From assembly GCA_026014585.1 (NCBI GenBank), contig JAOZIA010000002.1:105677-169676 (forward strand): 64,000 nucleotides of DNA, given 5' to 3'. The notes beneath the pieces were generated by a model. It was not told where the DNA came from, searched no databases, and saw only the letters and a list, made by a program, of their open reading frames with translations. Position numbers and translations under genes: made by a program. The stretch is from Candidatus Bathyarchaeota archaeon (GTDB lineage Archaea; Thermoproteota; Bathyarchaeia; Bathyarchaeales; Bathycorpusculaceae). This document shows, one piece after another, positions 18,583 through 28,112 of the stretch (position 1 is the stretch's first letter; each line of letters begins with the position of its first letter).

Positions 18583-19803
18583 TTAAGGCTTTGCAGTCAA
18601 ATAAGTCCAAACAAAATACGCCAACGCCGCAGCCATCGCAGGCTTCTTTGCAACCTGCAGTATCATTTGACCCTGAAAATCAATCTCCTCCACACTTGCC
18701 AATGCCCCATCAACGCCCAACCTTTTGCAGACACGCAAAACCTCATCCAACTTCGTATCCGAGAGCGAGTTGAGGAATTTTCGTAGACGAAGCATAACTG
18801 CAACGTCAAAATGTAGAGTTTCATTGCAGCGTTTCTGGTACTGAGCAAGCGCAGTTTGGGAGACATCGCCAGCTTTGAGGGCTGTTGCGGCTTCTTCCGC
18901 GGCGATTTTGGCGCAGGTTAACCCGAAAATGACGCCGCCGCCTGTGGTTGGCTTCACCTGTGAGGCGCAGTCGCCTACTGCTAAGAACCCGTCAGTGTAT
19001 GCTTTGCTGATTGGTCCACCCAAGGTGAGGGCGTGATAGTTGATTTTGACTATTTTTGAACCCGCAAGTTGGGTTTTGGCGATGGGATGCTTTGTCATTA
19101 ACCGTTCAAGCAGTGCCTTGGGGTTGCCAGTGGCGGTTGCTAAGCCCACTTTTGCTGTGCCGTCTGGTCGCGGGACCACCCAACCATAAAACCCATCCGC
19201 CACGCTCTGCCCGAGATAAACCTCAACCGCATGCGCCTCAACATTCTGCACCCTGTCAACTTCAGCTTCAACTCCGTACACGAGCCCTGAAGGTTTGAAC
19301 GATTTTAGTCCTGATTGATGTAGAAGCCGTGAGGAGATGCCTTCGCAGTCAAGCACGATTTTTGAGGAGACAGAGGTGCCGTCTTTTAGGTTCACACCTT
19401 TAACTGCCCCATTTTTCAGGATTAGGGATTGCACAGGCGTGTCAAGGTGGTAGGTTGCGCCTGCGGTTTGGGCTTGAGAGGCGATGTGTTGGTCGAATTT
19501 TGCCCGATTCAAAGCACACGTAACGGGCGTTTTGAGTTTGAGGGCAAATTTGGTGCCTTGGGGCGAGTAAAAGTTGGCTACGTTAAACGTGTTCTCCACA
19601 ATGCCGTTTGGCAATGGATAGTATCCTGCGGCTCGCAGACTTTTGATGCTTATGTGTCCTGTGCAGTGCGAAGGCAACCCAATAGTGGCGTGCTCTTCAA
19701 ACACTTCCGCATTAACGCCCAACTTAGCTAACTGAAGCGCAGCGTAGGAACCAACTGGGCCACCGCCGATTATTAGAGCGTCTGTCTGCATTGGGCATCT
19801 CAC
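18583..19803 (-). CDS. Geranylgeranyl reductase-family FAD-dependent oxidoreductase
   Basis: 406 aa. DALIIGGGPVGS FAD motif, the central GWVVP motif typical of GGR, and LAVGDCA. Confidence 0.8.
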   Translation of the reverse strand: MRCPMQTDALIIGGGPVGSYAALQLAKLGVNAEVFEEHATIGLPSHCTGHISIKSLRAAGYYPLPNGIVENTFNVANFYSPQGTKFALKLKTPVTCALNRAKFDQHIASQAQTAGATYHLDTPVQSLILKNGAVKGVNLKDGTSVSSKIVLDCEGISSRLLHQSGLKSFKPSGLVYGVEAEVDRVQNVEAHAVEVYLGQSVADGFYGWVVPRPDGTAKVGLATATGNPKALLERLMTKHPIAKTQLAGSKIVKINYHALTLGGPISKAYTDGFLAVGDCASQVKPTTGGGVIFGLTCAKIAAEEAATALKAGDVSQTALAQYQKRCNETLHFDVAVMLRLRKFLNSLSDTKLDEVLRVCKRLGVDGALASVEEIDFQGQMILQVAKKPAMAAALAYFVWTYLTAKP

Positions 19804-19852
19804 GTATGGGTTATCTGTTGACTGTGCTATATAAGAAACAACTATTTGCTGT

Positions 19853-19921
19853 CTATTTGGAGCCTATTAGAAATTCATTGCAGAAACCTATAGAGGGAGG
19901 CGGTCCCTAATGGCAATTTTC
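19853..19921 (+). repeat. Interspersed intergenic repeat, copy 2 (core plus 3' extension and T-run)
   Basis: CTATTTGGAGCCTATTAGAAATTCATTGCAGAAACCTATAGAGGGAGGCGGTCCCTAATGGCAATTTTC. Confidence 0.85.
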
Positions 19922-19995
19922 AGGTCAAAACAGTCACTGCTCAAAGGGATGGAACAGAAAAACAACAAAAAATGTTTTAAAAATGGAAAAGGGAT

Positions 19996-20226
19996 TTAGT
20001 GGACGAGTTCGATGCGTCGTTTGCCTCGTGACATGGAGGATAGACGGATTTTTTGGCTGACTTCAAGTTTGAGCAGTAAATCGTTGAAGTCTTTAAAGCC
20101 CATGTCTTCAAACTCGTCTTTTAACTGGTTAAATAGGTCATCATCGGTCATGTCGCCTTTTTTCCTGAGGATTTCTAACGCGACATAATGGGAGGGGCGG
20201 GTTTTCCAAGTTTTTATCTGTGGCAT
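19996..20226 (-). CDS. Small conserved-looking hypothetical protein, 17 nt downstream of cdc48
   Basis: 76 aa, clean ORF, same strand as cdc48 and probably cotranscribed with it. No motif recognised. Confidence 0.4.
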   Translation of the reverse strand: MPQIKTWKTRPSHYVALEILRKKGDMTDDDLFNQLKDEFEDMGFKDFNDLLLKLEVSQKIRLSSMSRGKRRIELVH

Positions 20227-20242
20227 GTTTGTTTCGCTTCTC

Positions 20243-22414
20243 TTATGTTACTGGTGTTGCTGGTTTTTGTACTTGACGGATTTGCGCCATGAAACTCTTG
20301 TACCATTTCTCCATATCCGGCGTAATTGATGGACCCATCTCTTTCATTGCATCTTGGAAATCAGCCATGAAAACCTCAGTGGTCTTCACGTCTCGACGCA
20401 ATGCATGCATAGCAGCTTCACGGCATAATGATTCAATATCTGCGCCAGAATAATACTTAGTCACCAACGCAAGCTGGTTTAGGTCCACGTCTTTTCCGAG
20501 AGGCATTCCCTTTGTGTAGAGCTTAAAGATTTGCGCTCGGCTCTTTTCGTCAGGTTCAGGTACGTAGATTAGGCGGTCAAATCTGCCGGGTCGAATCACA
20601 GCGGAATCCACCATGTCAGGTCGGTTAGTCGCTGCGATAACTACGATATCGTGAAGGGTAGTGATGCCGTCCATTTCGGTTAGGAGTTGGCTGATAACAC
20701 GTTCTGAAACGCCGCTGTCGCTCATGCCCATGCCACGTCGTGGTGTTAGAGAATCGATTTCGTCAAGGAATATGACTGCTGGGGCTGCCATGCGGGCTTT
20801 GCGGAAGACTTCACGGATGGCTTTTTCGGATTCGCCTACCCATTTGCTGAAAACTTCAGGACCCTTAATGGATATGAAGTTGGCTTCGGATTCAGTAGCT
20901 ACTGCTCGTGCCAGCAGGGTTTTGCCACAGCCAGGTGGACCATACAGTAGTATACCTTTTGGTGCGCGAATACCCAGACGAGTGAACAGTTCAGGGGTTT
21001 TAATTGGCCATTCCACTGCTTCTTTTAGGTGCTGTTTAACATCATCTAATCCACCTGCGTCTTCCCAATGCACAGATGAAACTTCAATGTAAACTTCACG
21101 CATAGCGGTTGGTGTAACTTCTTTGTAGGCACCCATGAAATCATCCATGTTAACCTCCATTTTCTCTAGCACTTCAGGAGGAATCCGTTCCTCTTCAAGG
21201 TTGATTTGGGGCAAGTAGCGTCTTAGGGCTTTCATGGCGGTTTCCCGTCCCAGCGAGGACAGGTCAGCGCCTGTGTAGCCATGGGTCATATCTGCGAGTT
21301 TTTTGAGGTCAACTCCCTCTGCAAGAGGCATCCCGCGGGGGTGGATCTGCAGAACTTCGTAGCGTCCTTTCTTGTCGGGGACGGCAATTTCGATTTCACG
21401 GTCAAACCTTCCTGGTCTGCGAAGTGCAGGGTCAAGTGCGCCTGGACGGTTTGTGGCTCCAATAACTATGACGTTACCTCTTCCACCTAACCCATCCATC
21501 AAAGCTAAGAGTTGCGCAACAACACGGCGTTCCACTTCGCCTGTGACTTCTTCACGTTTAGGCGCAATTGCATCAAGCTCATCAACAAAGATTATGCTGG
21601 GTGCGTTTTGTTGGGCTTGCTGGAAAATCTCGCGTAATCGGGCTTCGGATTCGCCGTAGAATTTGCTCATGATTTCGGGACCGTTTATGCTGTAGAAGTT
21701 GGCTTCGGACTCGTTAGCGACTGCTCGGGCAAGCAGGGTTTTGCCGCATCCTGGTGGTCCGTGTAGGAGTACACCTTTGGGTGGTTCGATTCCGAGGCGC
21801 TGGAAAAGTTCAGGGTGGCGTAGGGGCAACTCTACCATTTCTCTGACGCGTTGGATTTCTTCGTGGAGTCCGCCGATGTCTTCGTAGGTTGTGCGGGGTA
21901 AGCCTTTGCCTTCGGGTGCGGGTTCGTTTAGGATTGTTAGGCGGGTTTCCGCGGTTACTTTGATTATGCCATGGGGTCGGGTTTTGGATACTGTAAAGGG
22001 GATTGCGTGACCAAGCATCATAACCAGCGTGGTGTCGCCTTCAACTAAGGTGCGCTCCATCAAGCGGTTTTTGACAAAATTGGTGAAGTCATCATCAACG
22101 TTTAAACGCATATCCACAGGCGCAAGCGTGAGGCTCAGCGCGGTTTTGACTTTGGCGGGTCGGATAACGACGTATTCGTTTATGGCTACGCCGCAGTTTT
22201 TGCGTGTGAACCCATCAATTCTGATTATGTCACGGTTCTGGTCTTCACTGTACGCGGGCCATGCAATCGCGCTGGTTGTGCGTTTGTTAACGATTTCGAT
22301 AACGTCTCCTGCGCTTATTTCCAGTTTCTGCATGGTTCGCTGGTCAATGCGTGCAATACCTCTACCAACATCACGCTGCCTTGCGTCTCCAACACGTAAT
22401 TGAACTTCACTCAT
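20243..22414 (-). CDS. cdc48: AAA+ ATPase Cdc48/VCP/p97 (VAT-like), two AAA domains
   Basis: 723 aa. N-domain [18 protein letters not shown], two Walker A motifs GPPGCGKT, two Walker B motifs (IIFVDELD and IFLDEID). Confidence 0.9.
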   Translation of the reverse strand: MSEVQLRVGDARQRDVGRGIARIDQRTMQKLEISAGDVIEIVNKRTTSAIAWPAYSEDQNRDIIRIDGFTRKNCGVAINEYVVIRPAKVKTALSLTLAPVDMRLNVDDDFTNFVKNRLMERTLVEGDTTLVMMLGHAIPFTVSKTRPHGIIKVTAETRLTILNEPAPEGKGLPRTTYEDIGGLHEEIQRVREMVELPLRHPELFQRLGIEPPKGVLLHGPPGCGKTLLARAVANESEANFYSINGPEIMSKFYGESEARLREIFQQAQQNAPSIIFVDELDAIAPKREEVTGEVERRVVAQLLALMDGLGGRGNVIVIGATNRPGALDPALRRPGRFDREIEIAVPDKKGRYEVLQIHPRGMPLAEGVDLKKLADMTHGYTGADLSSLGRETAMKALRRYLPQINLEEERIPPEVLEKMEVNMDDFMGAYKEVTPTAMREVYIEVSSVHWEDAGGLDDVKQHLKEAVEWPIKTPELFTRLGIRAPKGILLYGPPGCGKTLLARAVATESEANFISIKGPEVFSKWVGESEKAIREVFRKARMAAPAVIFLDEIDSLTPRRGMGMSDSGVSERVISQLLTEMDGITTLHDIVVIAATNRPDMVDSAVIRPGRFDRLIYVPEPDEKSRAQIFKLYTKGMPLGKDVDLNQLALVTKYYSGADIESLCREAAMHALRRDVKTTEVFMADFQDAMKEMGPSITPDMEKWYKSFMAQIRQVQKPATPVT

Positions 22415-22531
22415 CGCTAAATATGTCTCCTGATAAATTGATGCACTGTTTCTTTTGGTTTATACCTATATAAACTTAAAGGAAGCTAAAAGAAAAGGGT
22501 TTAGGTGTAGGTTTAGGTGCAGATGGCAGCT

Positions 22532-22807
22532 TTAACGGCTGGTTCTGCGAATGTTGAAAGATTCTGCTTGGCTAACACCTGGGATTTTTCCGAGTGCAAC
22601 CTCGAATTCTTCAACTATGCCCATCTTGTCTTCGGGAAAACGAATCTGAACAAGCAGAGCTTTGAGACCAAAAGCAACATCCTCGGTTCCCCAGCCTTCA
22701 ATAGCGGCGGACTCGGGAAGGATTGCTTTGACTTTTTCTTTCATAGGTTCAAAGTCTTCGACGATGTCTTCAGGAAAAACCTTGTAAACAACAAGAATTG
22801 CGCCCAT
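22532..22807 (-). CDS. Translation elongation factor aEF-1 beta
   Basis: About 91 aa. MGAILVVYKVFPEDI...VAFGLKALLVQIRFPED fits the aEF-1beta pattern. Start could also be the adjacent ATG at 22810. Confidence 0.75.
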   Translation of the reverse strand: MGAILVVYKVFPEDIVEDFEPMKEKVKAILPESAAIEGWGTEDVAFGLKALLVQIRFPEDKMGIVEEFEVALGKIPGVSQAESFNIRRTSR

Positions 22808-22818
22808 CACTATTCACC

Positions 22819-23013
22819 TTATGGTCCTTGGAACCCGCATTTGGGGCACCTATAGGTTCTGCCGAATTTGCGGCATTTTCCGTCGCGTTTAATCTGGATT
22901 TCTCCGCAGTTTGGGCACAGGAATTTTGTAGCTTCGCTTCCTGGCGCAATTGGTTTACCGCAGCTGGTGCAGGTAACCATGGATAATGCTTGTCTTTCAG
23001 TCATAAACGACAC
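22819..23013 (-). CDS. Zn-ribbon protein commonly linked to aEF-1beta
   Basis: 64 aa with four CxxC pairs: CTSCG, CPNCG, CRKFG-context and CPKCG. Sits immediately upstream of aEF-1beta. Confidence 0.6.
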   Translation of the reverse strand: MSFMTERQALSMVTCTSCGKPIAPGSEATKFLCPNCGEIQIKRDGKCRKFGRTYRCPKCGFQGP

Positions 23014-23091
23014 TTCTGTGCCGTGAATATTGTTGGGCTTCCTTATATCTGCTATGCTAAAAAAACAAAAATCAAAAGAGAAAAGAAGAAG

Positions 23092-23478
23092 CTACTGAAT
23101 TGAGACAGTTTCTTTTTCAATAACGACTTTGTTACCTGTTTTGATTTTGCTTATGTCGATTTTGTCTACGAAGGGAATTTCACTGATGATTGCTCCGACT
23201 GCTACGATGGTTTCGGTTTCTTTGTTTATCATTCCTGCTGGGGCTACTCCGTTCTTTTTGAGGCGGTATAGTGTGTAGCTGCCTACTGTTGAGCCTTTGC
23301 CCTGCGGGAACACTAAGATTTTGTCTTTGATGCTTATGCCTTGGAGTTCGTGTCCTTTCTCAAGGATTACACCTGTATTGGGGTCAACGCCACCGTAGAA
23401 GCTAATTGGCATTGATGTGACAAGTGCTTCTGCTTCGGCTTTGCCCTTGTAAATTATTCTTCCGTTTAATTGTTCCAT
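23092..23478 (-). CDS. Aconitase X swivel-domain protein (DUF126); phosphomevalonate dehydratase small subunit
   Basis: GKAEAEALVTSMPISFYGGVDPNTGVI...VFPQGKGSTVGSYTLY is the AcnX small-subunit pattern. I prefer the MEQLNG start over the ORF-track start 23505. Confidence 0.75.
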   Translation of the reverse strand: MEQLNGRIIYKGKAEAEALVTSMPISFYGGVDPNTGVILEKGHELQGISIKDKILVFPQGKGSTVGSYTLYRLKKNGVAPAGMINKETETIVAVGAIISEIPFVDKIDISKIKTGNKVVIEKETVSIQ

Positions 23479-24665
23479 TTTCCAGTCACCGCTGCATTTA
23501 CGCATTCGCGCATGCTGCCCATTTTTGTTTTCATAAGATTATGTCTTGAATAGAAACAACCCTTCGCCGACGTAGTTGCCAACGCCTTAAACCTACCCTT
23601 CAATGGCGCAACTGCCATGCAGGTGTCACAGGCGAATTTGTCGCCCGCTTGCTCGATGATTGCTGTGTAGCCGCGTTTGTCCGAAAGCTGTTTGGCGGTT
23701 CGAGACGTTGCAACCCAAAGTTCCGTGCCCGCTGCAACTTTTTTGCCTTTGATTAAGTCAGCGATTTCTTCGATTTCTTTGATTGAACAGTGGGGGCATC
23801 CGACGCAGACAAAGTCAATGTCTTCTACTTCATCGTTTATGTGGTCGTAGGCTGCTTTGATATCGGCTGCCTCAATCGTGACAGATTCTTGGGGTTTGGG
23901 CTGCAATTCTGCGGCTGGCGTAACACCATCAATGTAAAACAGGGGCTTAGCTCCATACGTGACTAAACTTGCGCCAAATGATTTCAACTCATCCAACGAT
24001 GCAGTTTTGATACCTGTGATGTAGGGGATTTTGTTTTCCGCCTTCTTACCAATCGCGTACCCAAGCGCGCCCCAATCGGAGAGTTTACCTATTTCAGCGT
24101 CAACTTGAACACGCACATCTGGCACACGGTTCTCGTCCAAATGCAAGCCGTAGCATGGGGTTTTACCCACAAAGGCTGCCGCGAGTGCTGAGGGTCCGCC
24201 TTCTCGGTTGGTTCTTGCGCCAATCACCGAGTTCGCAAAGGTTACGGCGCTGCTTTCTGACCATGCAAGGTGCTCACCAAACAGGGGCAGGTTTCCGATG
24301 AGATAGGGTGTACATGTGCAGCTTACGAGGATACCCATTTTTTCAAAGGCTTGGATTACGAGTTTTTGTTTTTCTGCGAAATCAGGGCTGATTCCGAGTT
24401 GCTGCCAATTGTCTAAGTCCATACCTGCAGGGTTGAGCGTTGTTAGGACTTTGACTCTGCCATCTTTTGCCAGCGAATCCAAAAATTCCAGTCCAGCATC
24501 ACCCAGATTGTGGTAGCTGACGCCTGCGACTTGGACGCTGCCAACGTCAATTAGGCTTTTTGCACCAAAAATATCTCCCAACGCAACCAGAATTTCCATG
24601 CTTTTCCGCACGGCATATCCCTGTTCGCCTTTGAGCATTGCTTCTTCTTGCCTTGTTAACTCCAT
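23466..24665 (-). CDS. Aconitase X catalytic-domain protein (DUF521); phosphomevalonate dehydratase large subunit
   Basis: About 399 aa. LTRQEEAMLKGEQG N-terminus and Cys-containing motifs typical of AcnX. ATG at 24665 lies 6 nt after the ubiD-like stop. Confidence 0.75.
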   Translation of the reverse strand: MELTRQEEAMLKGEQGYAVRKSMEILVALGDIFGAKSLIDVGSVQVAGVSYHNLGDAGLEFLDSLAKDGRVKVLTTLNPAGMDLDNWQQLGISPDFAEKQKLVIQAFEKMGILVSCTCTPYLIGNLPLFGEHLAWSESSAVTFANSVIGARTNREGGPSALAAAFVGKTPCYGLHLDENRVPDVRVQVDAEIGKLSDWGALGYAIGKKAENKIPYITGIKTASLDELKSFGASLVTYGAKPLFYIDGVTPAAELQPKPQESVTIEAADIKAAYDHINDEVEDIDFVCVGCPHCSIKEIEEIADLIKGKKVAAGTELWVATSRTAKQLSDKRGYTAIIEQAGDKFACDTCMAVAPLKGRFKALATTSAKGCFYSRHNLMKTKMGSMRECVNAAVTGKWNN

Positions 24666-24670
24666 AATTA

Positions 24671-25978
24671 TCACAGGTACTTGTTTAAGTCAACTTTAAT
24701 GTAATCCAGTTTCTTAAAGCCCTTGCCCGTTGAGACCAATGGCGCTGTTGCGTCTAAGCCTGCCTTGGCAGTGGTGGCTTTTTTGCCCTCTGATAGGTCA
24801 CCTGAGGGGTCAAGACTGCTGCCGGGCTGGTTGGAGAGGATTACCGCGTTTTTGTCTGCTTGGAATCTTGTGGCTATTGCCCATTCTACGTCGTGTGGGT
24901 CATAAATGTTAATGTCTTCATCCACGATGACGCAGTGTTTGAGGGAACCGTGTCCTTTGAAGGTGGCTGCAATCGCCTTTTTACCATCATCTGGGTCTTG
25001 TTTTTTGATTTGCACAACCGCGTGTAGCCAGCTGCATCCGCCGGGTGTAATGTAGACGTCTTTGCAGTTGCAGACTTTGCTGACTTCTTTGTAGATGGTG
25101 GGTTCTTTTGGCATGCCCATTAGGAATTTGTGCTCGTTTTTGCCTGCAAGGATTGTTTGGTATATTGGGTTTTTTCGGCGGGTTACTTTTTTGATTTCTA
25201 TTACGTGCTGCTGTCTGACACGGTCTTCAATACCTGTCAAATCCAAGAAGGGACCCTCAGAAGCCATCTCTTTAGTTATTTTGCCTTCAAGCACAAACTC
25301 GCAGTCTGCAGGAACGTTAAGGTCAAGGGTTTTGCATTTAACCACATCCGTCTGCTCCAACGCGTTAGCCATACCCAACTCATCCACGCCCATAGGCATC
25401 GTTGTCGCTGCTGAGAGCAGTGTTGCTGTTGAGTTGCCTATGCAAATGGCGATGTCAAGTTCACCACCAGCCTTTGCCAGTGCAGAGTCGGTGCCTCGGC
25501 GTTCCACGATTCGGGCTACGAAGTGGTTTTTGTCTTTTAGCATGAGGCGATGGAAGCAGATGTTTTGGGTTTTAAACTCTGGGTCTTTAATTATTGAAAC
25601 TGCTGAGGCGATGTATTTGCCGCCGTCTTTCTCAGTATAACGCATAATGGGCAATGCGGTTAGGTCAACGTTGGTTTCTACGACTTCTTGGCATGCACCC
25701 TGCTCCACCACGGTGGGGGCTTTGGGGTTTTCGATTGCGTTTAGAAGTTTAGGCAGCAAATTGTTACCTGTGCCTAATGCGCGGGAAATCAGTTGTTTAC
25801 TGGAGACCAATCCGGCAACGACTGGGATGCTGGATTCTTTGACGTTTTCAAAATACACGGGGCGCTCGCCCAGTGCGTTGATTATGCCCGCCATCTCGTA
25901 CTCGGTTGAGACGGGCTTTGTGATTTTGGTTAATTCGCCCTTACTTTGTAATTCTTCGATGAAGGTTCGTAAGCCCAT
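24671..25978 (-). CDS. UbiD-family decarboxylase (candidate anhydromevalonate phosphate decarboxylase)
   Basis: N-terminal MGLRTFIEELQSKGELTKITKPV is typical of UbiD. Operon context is mvk and AcnX. ATG 25978 preferred over GTG 25999. Confidence 0.75.
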   Translation of the reverse strand: MGLRTFIEELQSKGELTKITKPVSTEYEMAGIINALGERPVYFENVKESSIPVVAGLVSSKQLISRALGTGNNLLPKLLNAIENPKAPTVVEQGACQEVVETNVDLTALPIMRYTEKDGGKYIASAVSIIKDPEFKTQNICFHRLMLKDKNHFVARIVERRGTDSALAKAGGELDIAICIGNSTATLLSAATTMPMGVDELGMANALEQTDVVKCKTLDLNVPADCEFVLEGKITKEMASEGPFLDLTGIEDRVRQQHVIEIKKVTRRKNPIYQTILAGKNEHKFLMGMPKEPTIYKEVSKVCNCKDVYITPGGCSWLHAVVQIKKQDPDDGKKAIAATFKGHGSLKHCVIVDEDINIYDPHDVEWAIATRFQADKNAVILSNQPGSSLDPSGDLSEGKKATTAKAGLDATAPLVSTGKGFKKLDYIKVDLNKYL

Positions 25979-26093
25979 TTTGGTTCGCCTTGATTTCACT
26001 ATTCAAAAGTGCACGTTTATAGGTTTTGGAAAACCATCCAGAAAAAAATAACAACAAAAAAACAAAAAAGGAAGCTAAAAAGCCCATTCACAA

Positions 26094-27035
26094 CTAATAG
26101 GTTACTACACCGATTTTGGTGGCTAAAAACTCATAACCCGCAGTCTTAAACGCAGACGCAACTTTGCCCTGCAAGTCCTTGCCCGGTGTGAGCGCAACCA
26201 TGCAGCCTCCGCCTCCGCCGCCTGTAAGTTTTGCCCCAAAAGCGCCTTGTTTGCGTGCCATGTCCACCAGTAGGTCGAGTTCTTTGCTGGATACACCAAT
26301 TTCTTGGAGTATGCGGTGGTTTTCGTTCATTAAGTCGCCGACTTTTTTGAGGTCTCCTGCTTCGAGCGCTTTGCGTCCTGCTACGGCGAGGTTTTCAGCT
26401 TGTTTAAAGAGCGGGTCATATTTTGCGGGGTCTTTCTTTTTGCGTTCGGCGACGCCTTCAACCATTGCTTTGGTGTTGGCGACTTTGCCTGTGCTGCCAA
26501 TCACGATTTCCACTGGCCGATGAATATGAAGCCGCTCAACAAGGTCTTGTCCACCCGCGGGGTTTTTCTTAAACCACATCAAGCCGCCATATGTCGCTGC
26601 GGTGTTGTCTATGCCGCTGGGGTTGCCTGCGTATGCTTTTTCGGCTTCGTATGCGATGGCGTTGATTTTGTCGTTTGGTATGTTGAGGTTGAGTTCTTCG
26701 CTGATGGCTCGTGCGATTGCGACGCTGCTGGCTGCTGAAGCGCCCAAACCGCTAAAACCAGGCAGTGAACCGCCTATCCAGATGTCCAAGGCTGTTTTGG
26801 GGTCAAGCTCCATTGCTTTTAGCATGCGTTCGATGGATTCGATTTGCTGTAGGCGTTTTTCTTCGCTGTAGCCTTTGGCGGTTTTGCGTTCATCACGCAC
26901 GTTAAGGCCCTTTTGGGCTTTTGTTACTTCTGCATCTGTTGATGAATCAATAGCGGATACGATGCCGGGCACGTCGTGAACTACGAAGTGCTCGCCAAAT
27001 AGTATGACTTTTCCATAACCTGAACCTTTACCCAT
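26094..27035 (-). CDS. mvk: Mevalonate kinase (GHMP kinase)
   Basis: 313 aa. KVILFGEHFVVHD N-terminus, the GHMP motif GSLPGFSGLGASAASSVA, and KLTGGGGGGC. Confidence 0.85.
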   Translation of the reverse strand: MGKGSGYGKVILFGEHFVVHDVPGIVSAIDSSTDAEVTKAQKGLNVRDERKTAKGYSEEKRLQQIESIERMLKAMELDPKTALDIWIGGSLPGFSGLGASAASSVAIARAISEELNLNIPNDKINAIAYEAEKAYAGNPSGIDNTAATYGGLMWFKKNPAGGQDLVERLHIHRPVEIVIGSTGKVANTKAMVEGVAERKKKDPAKYDPLFKQAENLAVAGRKALEAGDLKKVGDLMNENHRILQEIGVSSKELDLLVDMARKQGAFGAKLTGGGGGGCMVALTPGKDLQGKVASAFKTAGYEFLATKIGVVTY

Positions 27036-27137
27036 TTATGTTCACCTTTAAGTGTGGATAAGCTGATACCCCACTTACAGATAAAAACATTCTTTTCAGG
27101 CAACGGTGGAGGGCTGTTTTCTTCATACTTTTGGATT

Positions 27138-27208
27138 GGAAAACACGCTATTTTTGGACCCTCCCCTCTATGGTTTCTGCATTGAATTTCTAATAGGCTC
27201 CAAATAGG
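27138..27208 (-). repeat. Interspersed intergenic repeat, copy 3
   Basis: Reverse complement reads CCTATTTGGAGCCTATTAGAAATTCAATGCAGAAACCATAGAGGGGAGGGTCCAAAAATAGCGTGTTTTCC. Confidence 0.85.
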
Positions 27209-27240
27209 CGGCAAATAGAATGGAAATTAGCAGGGTATGT

Positions 27241-27271
27241 TTGACTAATCTTTGACAAGACGGTTAGTCAA
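27241..27271. promoter_or_regulatory. Inverted repeat TTGACTAA-N15-TTAGTCAA abutting a TATA-like box upstream of the wHTH-membrane gene (candidate operator)
   Basis: Perfect 8-bp arms at 27241-27248 and 27264-27271. A related TTGACTAAGCTAAGTCAA occurs at 494-511. Confidence 0.3.
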
Positions 27272-27318
27272 ATATTCTTAAATTGCTCCGGACCATTTCT
27301 CAGTCGGCAGTGTTACAG

Positions 27319-28068
27319 ATGAGCGTGGATTTTGATTCCTTCCGAGATGTGCTAAAACATCCGATTAGACGCAAGATAGTATTGGCGTTAAACGAACGCA
27401 AAAACCTCACCTACACTGACCTGATGAGTTATGCTGAGTCAGAAAGCACAGGAAAAATCAACTACCACCTCAAAGCTCTTGGCGACCTCATCACCAAAAA
27501 CTCAAACGGGCAGTACGCTCTCACAGAAAAAGGAGTGCTGGCAGCGCAGTTTTTGTTAACTTTTCCTGAAAAGAAAAAAGAACCCAGCAGCCTACGGATG
27601 GTGGATGCCACACTTATCGGGTTATTTGGTGTTGTTCTCACTGTAGCGAATCCACTGTTTTGGTGGGCAAGTTTTGTTTCCCTTCAAAACCTCACTGTCG
27701 CACCCAGTGTATTGCCTGTTTTTGGCTATTCCAACTTTTTGTACGGCTTGTTTGTGCCAAGCTTAGCAATGTGGATACTAACGATTCGGCGTGCCCGTTC
27801 ACATGACATGTATGATTTGTTTAAGCCTGCGTTGGTGGTGTTTGTGTTGCTTTCAGCTTTTTTAGCTTTAATGTTTCTTGCTAACATAAACATAACCGGT
27901 GAACTTTACACTGAATCCGTTCCAATCAGTAAGTATGGTTACAGCCACAGTATGATACCTCTTAATTTAGCAGGTCAACTCATAAGCGGCATCATTTATG
28001 CGTTTTTGGGAATAGCATTAATTGAGGGCATCGCAAGGATAAGAAAGAAACTGGCGCTAAAACAATAA
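27319..28068 (+). CDS. Winged-helix (ArsR/PadR-like) domain fused to a multi-pass membrane domain
   Basis: N-terminus FRDVLKHPIRRKIVLALNERKNLTYTDLM...INYHLKAL is wHTH-like, followed by about 5 hydrophobic segments. ATG 27319 preferred over TTG 27283. Confidence 0.55.
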   Translation: MSVDFDSFRDVLKHPIRRKIVLALNERKNLTYTDLMSYAESESTGKINYHLKALGDLITKNSNGQYALTEKGVLAAQFLLTFPEKKKEPSSLRMVDATLIGLFGVVLTVANPLFWWASFVSLQNLTVAPSVLPVFGYSNFLYGLFVPSLAMWILTIRRARSHDMYDLFKPALVVFVLLSAFLALMFLANINITGELYTESVPISKYGYSHSMIPLNLAGQLISGIIYAFLGIALIEGIARIRKKLALKQ

Positions 28069-28112
28069 CAGAAGTTGAAAAATAAAGAAAAAATTGCCTA
28101 AAAATAGGCGAA

